Program-made: the position numbers and the translations under genes
Notes under the pieces: generated by a model
The model's input: only the letters and a program-made list of their open reading frames with translations
Told to the model about the DNA's origin: nothing
Databases searched by the model: none
Shown: in pieces, positions 39,455 to 48,586 of the stretch
Layout of the letters: each line of letters begins with the position of its first letter
Position numbering within the stretch: position 1 is the first letter of the stretch
Origin: Thermodesulfobacteriota bacterium
GTDB taxonomy: Bacteria; Desulfobacterota; Desulfarculia; JACQYL01
Reading direction: 5' to 3'
NCBI GenBank assembly: GCA_963675595.2
Contig: CAXXLZ010000002.1
Span: forward strand, 4,666,253-4,730,252
DNA length: 64,000 nt

Positions 39455-39823
39455 TTACTCATATACGGCCATCCAGTTCATGCAGTCTTCAAAAAGCCCA
39501 TCGACTTTCTCGACTCCGGCTCTAATGAGAAGCATTTCCTCAACATAACGTCTTCCGGTGTGATGGCCGGTCCAGATCCCCTCAGTCAGTACGGTGTGGT
39601 ACTCGGGGCGGTGCGCCGCCTTGATGAGCTCGCGAGTATTCTCCAGGTTCTCTTCCTTCTCGGCGCTGATTCTGCTCTCGTCATCGTCGGCATCCGAAAT
39701 TCGATAGCCGGAAATCAACAGCATTGCGGTCTTATCCCAATCTTTCCAGATTCGTGCGAGGCCGACACGTTTGATTCGGAAAGTCTGGATGAAATCCTTC
39801 CTTATTTCAATGGCCCTTTGCAT
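39455..39823 (-). CDS. Hypothetical protein
   Basis: 122-aa ORF co-oriented with its neighbours. Confidence 0.5.
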   Translation of the reverse strand: MQRAIEIRKDFIQTFRIKRVGLARIWKDWDKTAMLLISGYRISDADDDESRISAEKEENLENTRELIKAAHRPEYHTVLTEGIWTGHHTGRRYVEEMLLIRAGVEKVDGLFEDCMNWMAVYE

Positions 39824-40096
39824 AGGAATTTCTCGTTGACGGCAAATGCTGTGGATTAATCCTTTTGTCTTTCCCTGACAATCCTATCCATCGCCCCCAG
39901 AACCCTCATACCTACCGATATCCCTCCCGGAAATCCTGTTTCGGGATCCGTGATATTGATCCGAATGAGACGATGCCAAGCGTGTTGAGAACAAAATTCC
40001 TCTCATTGTCTTGCAAGGCTCGGAGTCCCGAGCCCGATACTGCATTCCAAACCGAAGGCGTTGAAGCCGGCTCTCGGTCGAGCCAATCCGTTTCCG

Positions 40097-40444
40097 CTAG
40101 ACGGGTTCCACCGTAGTTTTCTTGATGGCGTACTGGAACACTTTGTAGAAGTAGATCAAGTACGCGAATCCCAAAGTGATGATTGAAAGGATGAACCAGA
40201 TGATGGCGTGGCCGATCTGACTCCCCAAATCCAGGTCGCATTTCAACCGGCCGACCCGACGACCCTGGGCGTCCACCAGGTAGGTCTTGTTGATGACCGT
40301 CTTGGTGAAGGCGTAGGGAAACAGGAACGCTCCGAACCCCAACGTGACCACCATGATGATGAACCACAGAATCACATGCCCCAGGGCGCCCGTAGCGTCC
40401 AGGTCCGTATCCAACTTCTTGATGCTGAAATCATTCATTTCCAA
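40097..40444 (-). CDS. Small membrane protein (YjgN/DUF898-like)
   Basis: Two repeated units, LWFIIMVVTLG and IWFILSIITLG. GGAGG RBS. Confidence 0.7.
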   Translation of the reverse strand: MEMNDFSIKKLDTDLDATGALGHVILWFIIMVVTLGFGAFLFPYAFTKTVINKTYLVDAQGRRVGRLKCDLDLGSQIGHAIIWFILSIITLGFAYLIYFYKVFQYAIKKTTVEPV

Positions 40445-40526
40445 CCCTCCTTTTCCTTTTGTCCAATCATTGCCGACCGACCGAGATTACGGATACTCAG
40501 CTTCAACGCCTTTTCGATACGGCACG

Positions 40527-40569
40527 AACATACACCCCCAACATTCCAGATTCCGGAACGTTCCAGATT
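40527..40569 (-). promoter_or_regulatory. Shared promoter motif, copy 2 (plus an extra half-site)
   Basis: TTCCGGAATCTGGAA-N11-TATGTT on the minus strand. A second AATCTGGAA half-site is offset 17 bp upstream. Confidence 0.7.
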
Positions 40570-40792
40570 TTTTTGCCGTCCTCGAAAATCACTTTCTTGA
40601 GCCGAAAGGAAACGGCAATGAAAGTTTTTCCGAGATCGAAACCCCTTTTCAGCCTGTTCAACGCATGACGAGACTTCTCCCAGGCTATCGAGGAGAACCG
40701 ACCTTCAACCCACCCGAGAGTTCCGCCATGCAGTAAACGCGTAGCCTCCCTCAAACGCATCCCCAACTTCCACAGAGATAAAATATTTTTCG

Positions 40793-40824
40793 TTCCGTAA
40801 TCTGGAACGATCCTGTTTTATCCT
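40793..40824 (+). promoter_or_regulatory. Shared promoter motif, copy 3
   Basis: TTCCGTAATCTGGAA-N11-TATCCT on the plus strand, upstream of the tandem AAA gene. Confidence 0.7.
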
Positions 40825-40953
40825 GTTCATGGCGATGAGGATTTCAGGCCTTGCGCTCCATTTCCAGCCTCCGCCCTGATGAAGCCACAGCGCCCGGAGC
40901 GCGCCAAGGCCGGCTAATCACGCACAAAGAGACACCAATAAGGAGAACCACCC

Positions 40954-43236
40954 ATGGCGCCTTCCCGCAGGAAAAGAAGAACCGTTCTCCACGAAGGAGT
41001 GGAAACCCTCGGCTCGGATGAATGCTTCCTTCGAAAGAAGGCGATTCTCTATCTGCTGCGAATCTTGAACGGATCGGGACGATTGGACCGGGAGACGCTG
41101 GAATTTGCTTTCAAGCTTCTCGAACCGAGCCCGGAAGAGATAAAGGAATGGATGGTCAAGTATCGCGTCCTGAATCAGAAAGAACTGGAAGTTCTGACGA
41201 GAGAATCCTACGATATGTCCTATTTTGACGAACTTGACTTCGATCTGTTGGTGAAGGTCTCAACTCATGGTTCCAAGCGCTCCAAGTTGAAGCTTTTGAA
41301 GCTCCTTCAGGAGAAGCTCCTGGAGAAGGACGGTCTTCTGTGCTCACCCAGCGGGTCCAGCCTTGAAGGCGGGTTCCATGAATTCGGAAAGCTCTTCGAC
41401 CTGACACCCGAGGAAACCGAACTTTGCAGGATTCTGTTCATGTGCCAAGCCTGGGAGGCGGCTGAGGACTATTTCGAGAGACACCTGGAATGCCTCCGGT
41501 TCAGTGGGCGTAAGTACCTTGCCCATGCTTTGGACGTATCCACATCTCACCTTGACACCATGGTCTTTTCAAGGCTTTCTCAACTTGAAATCGTTGAGAT
41601 ATGGTCGAACGGATACTGGATCAAGATGGAACAGGACTATTTGATTCTGTTGCAGAAGTGCGGTCAACACGATATCGGGCGCAAAGGGTACCGACCGCTT
41701 CCTCCGAGTGACATTCCTCTCTCCAACCATATGGTTCCACAGGAGATAACGGCTCATGTCACAGGCTTGCTTTCCCGGCGGACCGACTCCCCAACGCATG
41801 TTCTCCTTTACGGCCCCTCGGGGACGGGGAAGACCTCCTATGCCAGGGGGTTGGCAAGCAAACTTCCGACCCCCGCATATGAGATTTACGCCGAAAAAGG
41901 TAAAGAATCTTCAGCAAAGCTCAACGCCGTTCTCACCTGTCTTAATTTCACGAACCAAAGCAAGGAAGGGTCAATCATCGTAGTGGACGAAGCGGACGAA
42001 ATCCTGGGAACGGAGGTTCCCTGGTTCCTCTCGGGTCGTGAAAACAAAAAAGGCAGGTTGAACCAGCTCCTGGAACGTCCGGGCATTCGCATGATCTGGA
42101 TCGTGAACAACGTTGAATCCCTTCCCGATACGATCAAACGTCGCATGGCTTTCAGCATCCGATTCCGTCCATTCAACCGAACCCAGAGGGAAGGTCTTTG
42201 GCGTTCGATCCTCACCCGAAACGATTGTTCGGATTTGATCGACAAAACGGATATGTTGGAATTGGCCTCAAGGTTCGAAGTGAGTGCGGGGGTCATCGAC
42301 ATGTCGGTCAAGAAGGCCAAGCTTGCCTGTGAGGAAAATCCTCAGGATTTCAGAAAAGCGGTTTGCCTGGCCCTTGACGCCTATATGGCCATGGGTCCGA
42401 CCGATGCTTCCTCCAAGACCCATCGGAAGTCGGAGACCGACTACTCCTTGGAGGGACTCCATACGGACCAGGGCCTCGAGCGGCTCATGGAAGACGCCCG
42501 AGCCTTCACCTGCTGCAACCCGAATCAAAGCGATGAGGTGATGGGTGGGCTGCGAATGCTGTTCCATGGTCCTCCCGGAACCGGGAAAACAGCCCTGGCG
42601 CACCATCTGGCTCGAGTGCTGGAACGTGACCTGGTTGTCCGCAGGGCCGGCGATATTCTGGACCCTTATGTGGGCATGACTGAAAGACGAATCAGGGAGG
42701 CTTTCAGGCGTGCGGAAGACGACGAGGCCGTTCTGCTCATCGACGAAGCGGATAGCCTGTTGTTTCCCAGGTCACGAGCCCAACGGTCCTGGGAAGTGAG
42801 CTTCACCAACGAACTGCTTTCCAGCATGGAAGCATACCGAGGAATTCTGATCTGCACCACCAACCGTTTGTTGGATGTGGACGAGGCCTCCGTTCGCAGA
42901 TTCACCCACAAGGTCGGCTTCGATTTCTTGGAGCCGTCCGGCAATCTGCTGTTTTATCGACGCATGCTGGAGCCGCTGGTGGTTGGTCTCATCAGCGATG
43001 AAGACATCGCCCGGATACGAGTGATTCGAGACCTGGCTCCGGGAGACTTCGCCGTGGTCAGGGACCGGTTCCGTTTCCATAAACCGGAGAGCCATTTGAT
43101 CTTGGTCGAAGCGCTGGAAAGCGAATCCCGAATCAAACGTTACCAACAGGGATCAACGGAGGTCGGCTTCCGGCCCGCTTCGCAGGCGCCCGATCTGCGG
43201 CGCCAAGAGCTTCCGTCGAATCCCGCACGTGGGTAG
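40954..43236 (+). CDS. Tandem AAA+ ATPase (two AAA modules)
   Basis: GPSGTGKT/VVDEAD and GPPGTGKT/LIDEAD...TTN...RRF. AAGGAG RBS. Confidence 0.9.
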   Translation: MAPSRRKRRTVLHEGVETLGSDECFLRKKAILYLLRILNGSGRLDRETLEFAFKLLEPSPEEIKEWMVKYRVLNQKELEVLTRESYDMSYFDELDFDLLVKVSTHGSKRSKLKLLKLLQEKLLEKDGLLCSPSGSSLEGGFHEFGKLFDLTPEETELCRILFMCQAWEAAEDYFERHLECLRFSGRKYLAHALDVSTSHLDTMVFSRLSQLEIVEIWSNGYWIKMEQDYLILLQKCGQHDIGRKGYRPLPPSDIPLSNHMVPQEITAHVTGLLSRRTDSPTHVLLYGPSGTGKTSYARGLASKLPTPAYEIYAEKGKESSAKLNAVLTCLNFTNQSKEGSIIVVDEADEILGTEVPWFLSGRENKKGRLNQLLERPGIRMIWIVNNVESLPDTIKRRMAFSIRFRPFNRTQREGLWRSILTRNDCSDLIDKTDMLELASRFEVSAGVIDMSVKKAKLACEENPQDFRKAVCLALDAYMAMGPTDASSKTHRKSETDYSLEGLHTDQGLERLMEDARAFTCCNPNQSDEVMGGLRMLFHGPPGTGKTALAHHLARVLERDLVVRRAGDILDPYVGMTERRIREAFRRAEDDEAVLLIDEADSLLFPRSRAQRSWEVSFTNELLSSMEAYRGILICTTNRLLDVDEASVRRFTHKVGFDFLEPSGNLLFYRRMLEPLVVGLISDEDIARIRVIRDLAPGDFAVVRDRFRFHKPESHLILVEALESESRIKRYQQGSTEVGFRPASQAPDLRRQELPSNPARG

Positions 43237-43389
43237 GTGTGAGCTGGAACGTTTGGGGTCCCGGCGGACGATCCGTACGTTCTATTCTTGTGGTATGACG
43301 TGTGTTGAAATAAGGCAGGATACCACAGAATAATAGTCCCGGCACCCTACAGATACGAGAATCTCAGACTTTTCGGAGGAGAGAGCCCC

Positions 43390-44397
43390 ATGCCCGAGAA
43401 AAAGGACCCCTATTCAACACCAGCCATGAAGGCCTTAGGTCTTTTTTGTCTCCTCCTGTTCAGCAGGCGGAAGTATTCATTGAGCAAACTGGCCGATGAC
43501 CTTAAATGTTCGAAGCAGACCGTGATTCGATATGTGGAACAGCTCCAATTGATCCACAACATTAAGATCGAAACATGGACGCAAGGGCGGGAAAAGTATT
43601 ACCGAGCTCGGCCACCCCGTGGAGCGTTCAACGTGACGTTGGATCCTGAACAAATTCATCATCTGCTGCTTTGCCGTGACCTGGTCTGGAATCTTCTTCC
43701 CGATTCCCTGCGAAACGGGATCAGCGAAACGATCAGAAAGGCGACTGCGCTGCTTCCCGATGATGCCGTATTGGACGAGCTTCCGGAAAAATGCGCATGG
43801 GCCCGGCCCAAAGGAGCCATCGATTACTCCGGGAAGCAGGACATCTTCCAGCGACTCCTCGCCGCCATGAAGGATCATCAGGTCTGCAAAATCCGTTATG
43901 CCAAGCCGGGCCAGGAACAACCGGCCACCCACTACGTGGCCCCTTTTCGTTTGATGCTCTCCGGTGAATGCGTCTACGTCCTGGCCTGGTATTTATGGGA
44001 AGACGCCGTTCCCGACGACCCGCACAAAATGACTTTGGCCCTCCACCGGGTGGTTTCCGCGGAAACGACGGAACGCAAATACGAGAAGAAGGACTTCCTG
44101 GACGAGCAGTCGATTCGTTTCGGACTCATCGATGGGGAGCCTTTTCAGGTCCGGGTGGCCTTTCGTCCCAGTGCGGCCGTTTACATCAAGGAGCGTAACT
44201 GGAGCGAGGGACAGCAAATGGTTCCCCAACCCGACGGCGGCGTCATTCTGGAATTCACCGCCACGAGCCGACTCGAAGTGCTTTCCTGGGTATTAGGTTT
44301 CGGTCCCCAGGCCGAACTCCTGGAACCGGAAGATCTCAGGTCTGAAATCCGTTCGTCGATAAAGGACATGTCCGTCCTATATGGTGAACCTGAATAG
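43390..44397 (+). CDS. WYL-domain transcriptional regulator 1 (HTH-WYL-WCX)
   Basis: N-terminal LADDLKCSKQTVIRY HTH, VAPFRL...VYVLA and WVLGFGPQAELLEPEDLR. Confidence 0.9.
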   Translation: MPEKKDPYSTPAMKALGLFCLLLFSRRKYSLSKLADDLKCSKQTVIRYVEQLQLIHNIKIETWTQGREKYYRARPPRGAFNVTLDPEQIHHLLLCRDLVWNLLPDSLRNGISETIRKATALLPDDAVLDELPEKCAWARPKGAIDYSGKQDIFQRLLAAMKDHQVCKIRYAKPGQEQPATHYVAPFRLMLSGECVYVLAWYLWEDAVPDDPHKMTLALHRVVSAETTERKYEKKDFLDEQSIRFGLIDGEPFQVRVAFRPSAAVYIKERNWSEGQQMVPQPDGGVILEFTATSRLEVLSWVLGFGPQAELLEPEDLRSEIRSSIKDMSVLYGEPE

Positions 44398-44473
44398 GTG
44401 TTATCCTTGGCTAAACCCGCAGCTTTGGGACTCTTGCCGGCGTGTGGGTTCAAAGGATGATAGACCTTCCTTT

Positions 44474-44585
44474 CCACTTCCCCTCGATGATCCTTGGAGC
44501 GTCTCCGGGGTCGGACATGACATACACCCATGCGAATTCGTCCCCAGCTTCGGTTCGGACCCGCACGATCCGACGCTCAAATAGA
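44474..44585. repeat. 112-bp perfect direct repeat, copy A
   Basis: Identical to 46370-46481 (CCACTTCCCCTCG...GCTCAAATAGA). Confidence 0.92.
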
Positions 44586-44612
44586 TTGGAAGAGTCCCGA
44601 AGTACACATAGT

Positions 44613-46121
44613 TCACGGACTATCATTTGCCACTTCGATAAGCGCCTCAATAAGCTTTGCCTCCGCTTCGGTATCCAGACCACAGTATTGTTCGAGGGCC
44701 TGCCGAACCTTTTGTGATTCCGTCTCTTCTGGGTCGGAGGTGCTTATTCTCAGAAATTCCAGACTCGCTGTCTGCCCGTCGGCGATTTCCAATCCATCAT
44801 ATGTTTCATTCGTCAGGGCGGGCAGCACGGCTTTGAGTGAAGCACTTCCGTGCTGGGCCGGGTGATAGTAGTGAAAGGATCTGAAAGGGGCCAGCAGATC
44901 GACCAGACGGGGCACTAAGTCCCCGTATATCCACTCGGCGTATACAGGGAATGCCTCGGCGCATTCGGTGAGGATGCGCTTCTCGAAGGCGGAATTGTAC
45001 ACCACTATGGAGCCTTCGCTTCCGATAGTCTCTTTGAGTCTCCGCAGAAATTCAGGTCTTGGGTCGGGTCGTCCTCTTCGCATTTCGGCCAGGAACGAGT
45101 GGTGCTTCAGGCTCGATCCCGGAGTTTCCTGTACATGAACAGAAAACTGAAAAGGAACTTGATCGTAGGGCCGCAAACCGTCGAAGAGGGGTATGCCCGT
45201 CTGAAAAGTCTCAAAATCCATGTAGTAGAGCGGATATGTCGGCAGCTTGAGAAACTCTTTGATCGCTTGCCGGTCTGCATGGGCGAGGCCGGTTCGGCCA
45301 CACTCCACTTGTATCCGTTGGTTCGTAGTGAGAGGATAATCGTCCTCAATATCGCCGATGGAAAGAATGTGATCGTCCAGCAGCTCCCAGGCTTTTTTTC
45401 CGATACGAGACAAATTGAATACGTGGTTTTCCGGGAGAAAGGCCCAGCACAAATGCTGCATGGGGCATTCGTACGGATTATTGCAGTGAGGACCAATCTT
45501 CACTTGGGGCGGTTCAGAATCGGACCCCAGAACAAAGAACAACCGATGTAATGCGTCCTCCACCCCCTCCAAGTAGGGTTGGATTTCCAGGGTAAGGTCT
45601 TTCATGCCGAAAAGGGCCTTTGGGTCAATATCTCCATGTCGCACGTATTCCCGCGATAGGTGCATCAGCGAACAGGTGCGAATGTTAACGCCTGCGCCCT
45701 CGGCAACGTAGCGCTGAAAGGCGATATCCGGCAGGTGCACATCCTTCTCCTGAGTGGAGCTCTTGACCTCGATCAGGTCCCATTCGTTGTCCGCCACAGG
45801 GACAAGGACATCCGCCCGCATCATCACAGGTCCAAAAGGCGAGTCATGAGCGAAGGTAGCTTCAAAAATCGTCTTCCCGGCCTTAATGAGCTCTTGGGTT
45901 CTTTCGACCGCAGAGTTGAGCCCGTCATCCCATGGAACCTCAACACCTTCCGGGAAAAGCTTCTTTGCGTATTCTCCTACCAGGCTTCCCTCACTGAATC
46001 TCGCTTTGGTTCCCTGATCTTCCGCGGGGATGTCTTCGGGCCGGTGAATCTGGTACCAAAGCCATTTCGAGCATTGGCAGCCGACGAGATACTTGCTTTT
46101 GGAAATAGCGAAAAGCTTCAT
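44613..46121 (-). CDS. DUF2779-domain protein (Cas4/RecB-like nuclease plus RNase H-like domain)
   Basis: ISKSKY...QC.KWLW, ADVL...LIEVKSST, C...ECP...C, MDFET, PFQFS, SLKAVLP and YCGLDT. Confidence 0.85.
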   Translation of the reverse strand: MKLFAISKSKYLVGCQCSKWLWYQIHRPEDIPAEDQGTKARFSEGSLVGEYAKKLFPEGVEVPWDDGLNSAVERTQELIKAGKTIFEATFAHDSPFGPVMMRADVLVPVADNEWDLIEVKSSTQEKDVHLPDIAFQRYVAEGAGVNIRTCSLMHLSREYVRHGDIDPKALFGMKDLTLEIQPYLEGVEDALHRLFFVLGSDSEPPQVKIGPHCNNPYECPMQHLCWAFLPENHVFNLSRIGKKAWELLDDHILSIGDIEDDYPLTTNQRIQVECGRTGLAHADRQAIKEFLKLPTYPLYYMDFETFQTGIPLFDGLRPYDQVPFQFSVHVQETPGSSLKHHSFLAEMRRGRPDPRPEFLRRLKETIGSEGSIVVYNSAFEKRILTECAEAFPVYAEWIYGDLVPRLVDLLAPFRSFHYYHPAQHGSASLKAVLPALTNETYDGLEIADGQTASLEFLRISTSDPEETESQKVRQALEQYCGLDTEAEAKLIEALIEVANDSP

Positions 46122-46345
46122 CACGCTCATGCCCCTGAAACAGCTCGTTGTCACTTCAAAAAAGATGAAAATGCCCAGATACTCACTCTCGGTCCGCAAC
46201 GCACAGAATGCTCGGAATATACCTCATCCCGATCGATCGGCATAGTTCGTTTTGATCCTGATAAGGACCAAGTCAAGCGTGCCGGCGGGAATGTAGCGCC
46301 TCCTTATGCTTTCGTATCATCATATTTGTCCAAGGTGAACGCGGG

Positions 46346-47242
46346 TCACGTGTTCTTAGATATTCCACGCCACTTCCCCTCGATGATCCTTGGAGCGTCT
46401 CCGGGGTCGGACATGACATACACCCATGCGAATTCGTCCCCAGCTTCGGTTCGGACCCGCACGATCCGACGCTCAAATAGAGAGGATTCACACCCATATC
46501 CGCGGAAGCCCTCGATTCCATCGAGGAAAGCGAGCAAGTCCCCGATGCGCTTCACTTGAACGAGCTCTCCGTGAACGATTTCTTCAGAAGATGAACTCAT
46601 GGACATTGCCGGGAATCCGCCCAGATCGTAGAGACGCCCGGGCGTCACTCCGTTGAGGCGTTTTTCAGGCTCTCCGAAGGTCTCCAGGAGTGCTCCTCTG
46701 GATTCACCGGACATCAGAGTCCCATAGCAGAATATCCGGTCGATCAGGTAAGGCGTATTCGCTCCCTTTTCCGCCGTCTTGTGGAGGTGTTCGATGACGC
46801 CGTGAGCATTCAATCCCCTTCTTACAATTTGGACATAATCGGGCGACGGTTTTACAAATCCCCCCCGGGAGTGAATGTCTCGGACCATATAGGTGAAGGC
46901 GTCCAACCTACCGCCGTCTTCCAGAAGACAAGTGATTTCGATCCGGGTATAAATGCCCGGGAATCCTTCTTTCCGGTCGAGCGTTGCCCGCCCATCGGGC
47001 CGAATCTCGAAGAGCACACCCGGCACCACTTGCCCGATCTCCTCGCGGATATTTAGAACACCACCGCCGCGGGTCCGGGAGAGATAATTGTATACAGGAA
47101 AAAAATCCGGCAAGAAGGCCTTCCCTACCACACCCTCGATGGGGAACTCCGTTTTTTTCCGAGCACACCACCTTTTCAGATCATCGAAGTTCAGATTGGA
47201 ACCATATCCAAAATATAGATTGTCCATCCGGCCTCCCTCCAA
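46346..47242 (-). CDS. Tandem gamma-glutamylcyclotransferase (AIG2-like) domain protein
   Basis: YFGYGSNL...LDRKEG and FCYGTL...VHGEL...LDGIEG...AWVY. Confidence 0.88.
   Translation of the reverse strand: MEGGRMDNLYFGYGSNLNFDDLKRWCARKKTEFPIEGVVGKAFLPDFFPVYNYLSRTRGGGVLNIREEIGQVVPGVLFEIRPDGRATLDRKEGFPGIYTRIEITCLLEDGGRLDAFTYMVRDIHSRGGFVKPSPDYVQIVRRGLNAHGVIEHLHKTAEKGANTPYLIDRIFCYGTLMSGESRGALLETFGEPEKRLNGVTPGRLYDLGGFPAMSMSSSSEEIVHGELVQVKRIGDLLAFLDGIEGFRGYGCESSLFERRIVRVRTEAGDEFAWVYVMSDPGDAPRIIEGKWRGISKNT
46370..46481. repeat. 112-bp perfect direct repeat, copy B (3' end of the GGCT gene)
   Basis: Identical to 44474-44585. Confidence 0.92.
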
Positions 47243-47291
47243 CAGCTAACTGCCAATTCATGCCTCAACACCAGCTTCGCATCATTCGGAA

Positions 47292-47327
47292 AGATTAGCA
47301 CGACATCATTCCAGATTTCGGAATGAT
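47292..47327 (-). promoter_or_regulatory. Shared promoter motif, copy 4
   Basis: TTCCGAAATCTGGAA-N11-TAATCT on the minus strand. The arms extend to ATCATTCC/GGAATGAT. Confidence 0.7.
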
Positions 47328-47449
47328 AGGATTCTTCTCTACCGGAGCTGAAAATAATTTGAGGGATACTTCACGTGGTCGCCGTGTCAGCCGATCACCT
47401 GAAAGGCGCGTCGCGAAATCATCACCCCCAAGAAAATTCCATCTCCTTT

Positions 47450-47466
47450 TTGTCCTGATCTGACAA
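47450..47466 (+). promoter_or_regulatory. TTGTC-N7-GACAA palindrome upstream of the ARPP-1 and WYL2 genes
   Basis: TTGTCCTGATCTGACAA. A similar site, TTGTCTTTCCCTGACAA, is at 39865-39881. Confidence 0.45.
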
Positions 47467-47506
47467 CCCCGCGGGTTACCCATTATGAAAAAAATGGAGG
47501 TGACCC

Positions 47507-48496
47507 ATGGAACCGATTCGTGAATACCTGGCGTACGTCAAGGTGGGGAAAAAGCAAGCGCATCTCAACATGACCCTCTTTCCCTTGCTGGCTCCCGACA
47601 ACGGAAAACCGGAATACCTGACCCTCGACGAGGCTCTGGAACGAGAGCAGATCGAGGTAACCGAGGTGAGCGCCTCGGGCAGTGTTCCGGAATTGAAACT
47701 GATCAATCGGGGAAAGCAACAAGTGCTGATCGTAGAGGGCGAAGAACTGCATGGAGCCAAACAGAACCGAATCGTCAACTCGACGTTCCTGGTAGACGGC
47801 TCTTGCGAGCTCGTGATCCCGGTCAGTTGCGTAGAGCAGGGACGATGGGGCTATCGATCCGAGCGATTTCGTTCCGGCGGACAAATGATGCCCCCGAGCC
47901 TCAAGCGGGCACATCAGCAAGCCGTTCGTACAAGCCTGAGACGTGATCAAGGATTTCGTTCCGATCAAAACACCTTATGGGAGCAGATATCCGCCAAAGG
48001 AGAACGTTTGCACACAGAGTCCGCCACCGGAGCCATGGCGGACATCTATCAAAAGGAGGAACCTCGTCTTTCCGAATATGAACGAGCATTTCGCTTGACG
48101 GACGCGCAGGTGGGAGCCGTCTTCGGCGTCAACGGCAAAATCCTGGGAGCCGAGTGTTTCGGATTCAAGCAAACGTTTGCCGGCTTTTTCAAAAAACTGA
48201 TCCGCAGTTACGCTCTGGACGCCATTGACTGGTTCGAGCAGGAGTCCGCTTCCAAGGCCACTGCCGAAAAGGCGAGAGCGTTCATGGAATCCGTAGGCAC
48301 CGCCGCCACCGAAGTCCGAAACTCCCTAGACTTGGGACACGATTTCAGGCTTGAATCTGATTTCCTATCCGGCTCCGCCTTGGCCTTCAATAAAAAGGTT
48401 CTGCACCTTTCGGTTTTCAAAAAGGAGAGTTCAGGCAACTCCGGGAAGGGGCATTACGATCGGTTTTCCGACAGACGTTCTCGACGGGCGCAGTAA
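47507..48496 (+). CDS. ARPP-1 (DUF6569)-like protein
   Basis: YLTLDEAL...GSVPEL...GEELHGAKQNRIVN...IPVSCVEQGRW...SDQ..LW...SYALDA. Confidence 0.8.
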   Translation: MEPIREYLAYVKVGKKQAHLNMTLFPLLAPDNGKPEYLTLDEALEREQIEVTEVSASGSVPELKLINRGKQQVLIVEGEELHGAKQNRIVNSTFLVDGSCELVIPVSCVEQGRWGYRSERFRSGGQMMPPSLKRAHQQAVRTSLRRDQGFRSDQNTLWEQISAKGERLHTESATGAMADIYQKEEPRLSEYERAFRLTDAQVGAVFGVNGKILGAECFGFKQTFAGFFKKLIRSYALDAIDWFEQESASKATAEKARAFMESVGTAATEVRNSLDLGHDFRLESDFLSGSALAFNKKVLHLSVFKKESSGNSGKGHYDRFSDRRSRRAQ

Positions 48497-48586
48497 TCTG
48501 TGAAGTTGATCCCAAAACGCGGTTCTGCTACCTATAAAGGACTCATAAACAGGATTCCCTTCTCACTTCAGCATAGGTAAGTCCGG

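Noticed and set aside
44450-44683. 77-aa ORF as an independent GGCT gene
   Set aside because: It is only the 112-bp duplicated 3' end of the 46346-47242 gene joined to a frame overlapping the DUF2779 gene.
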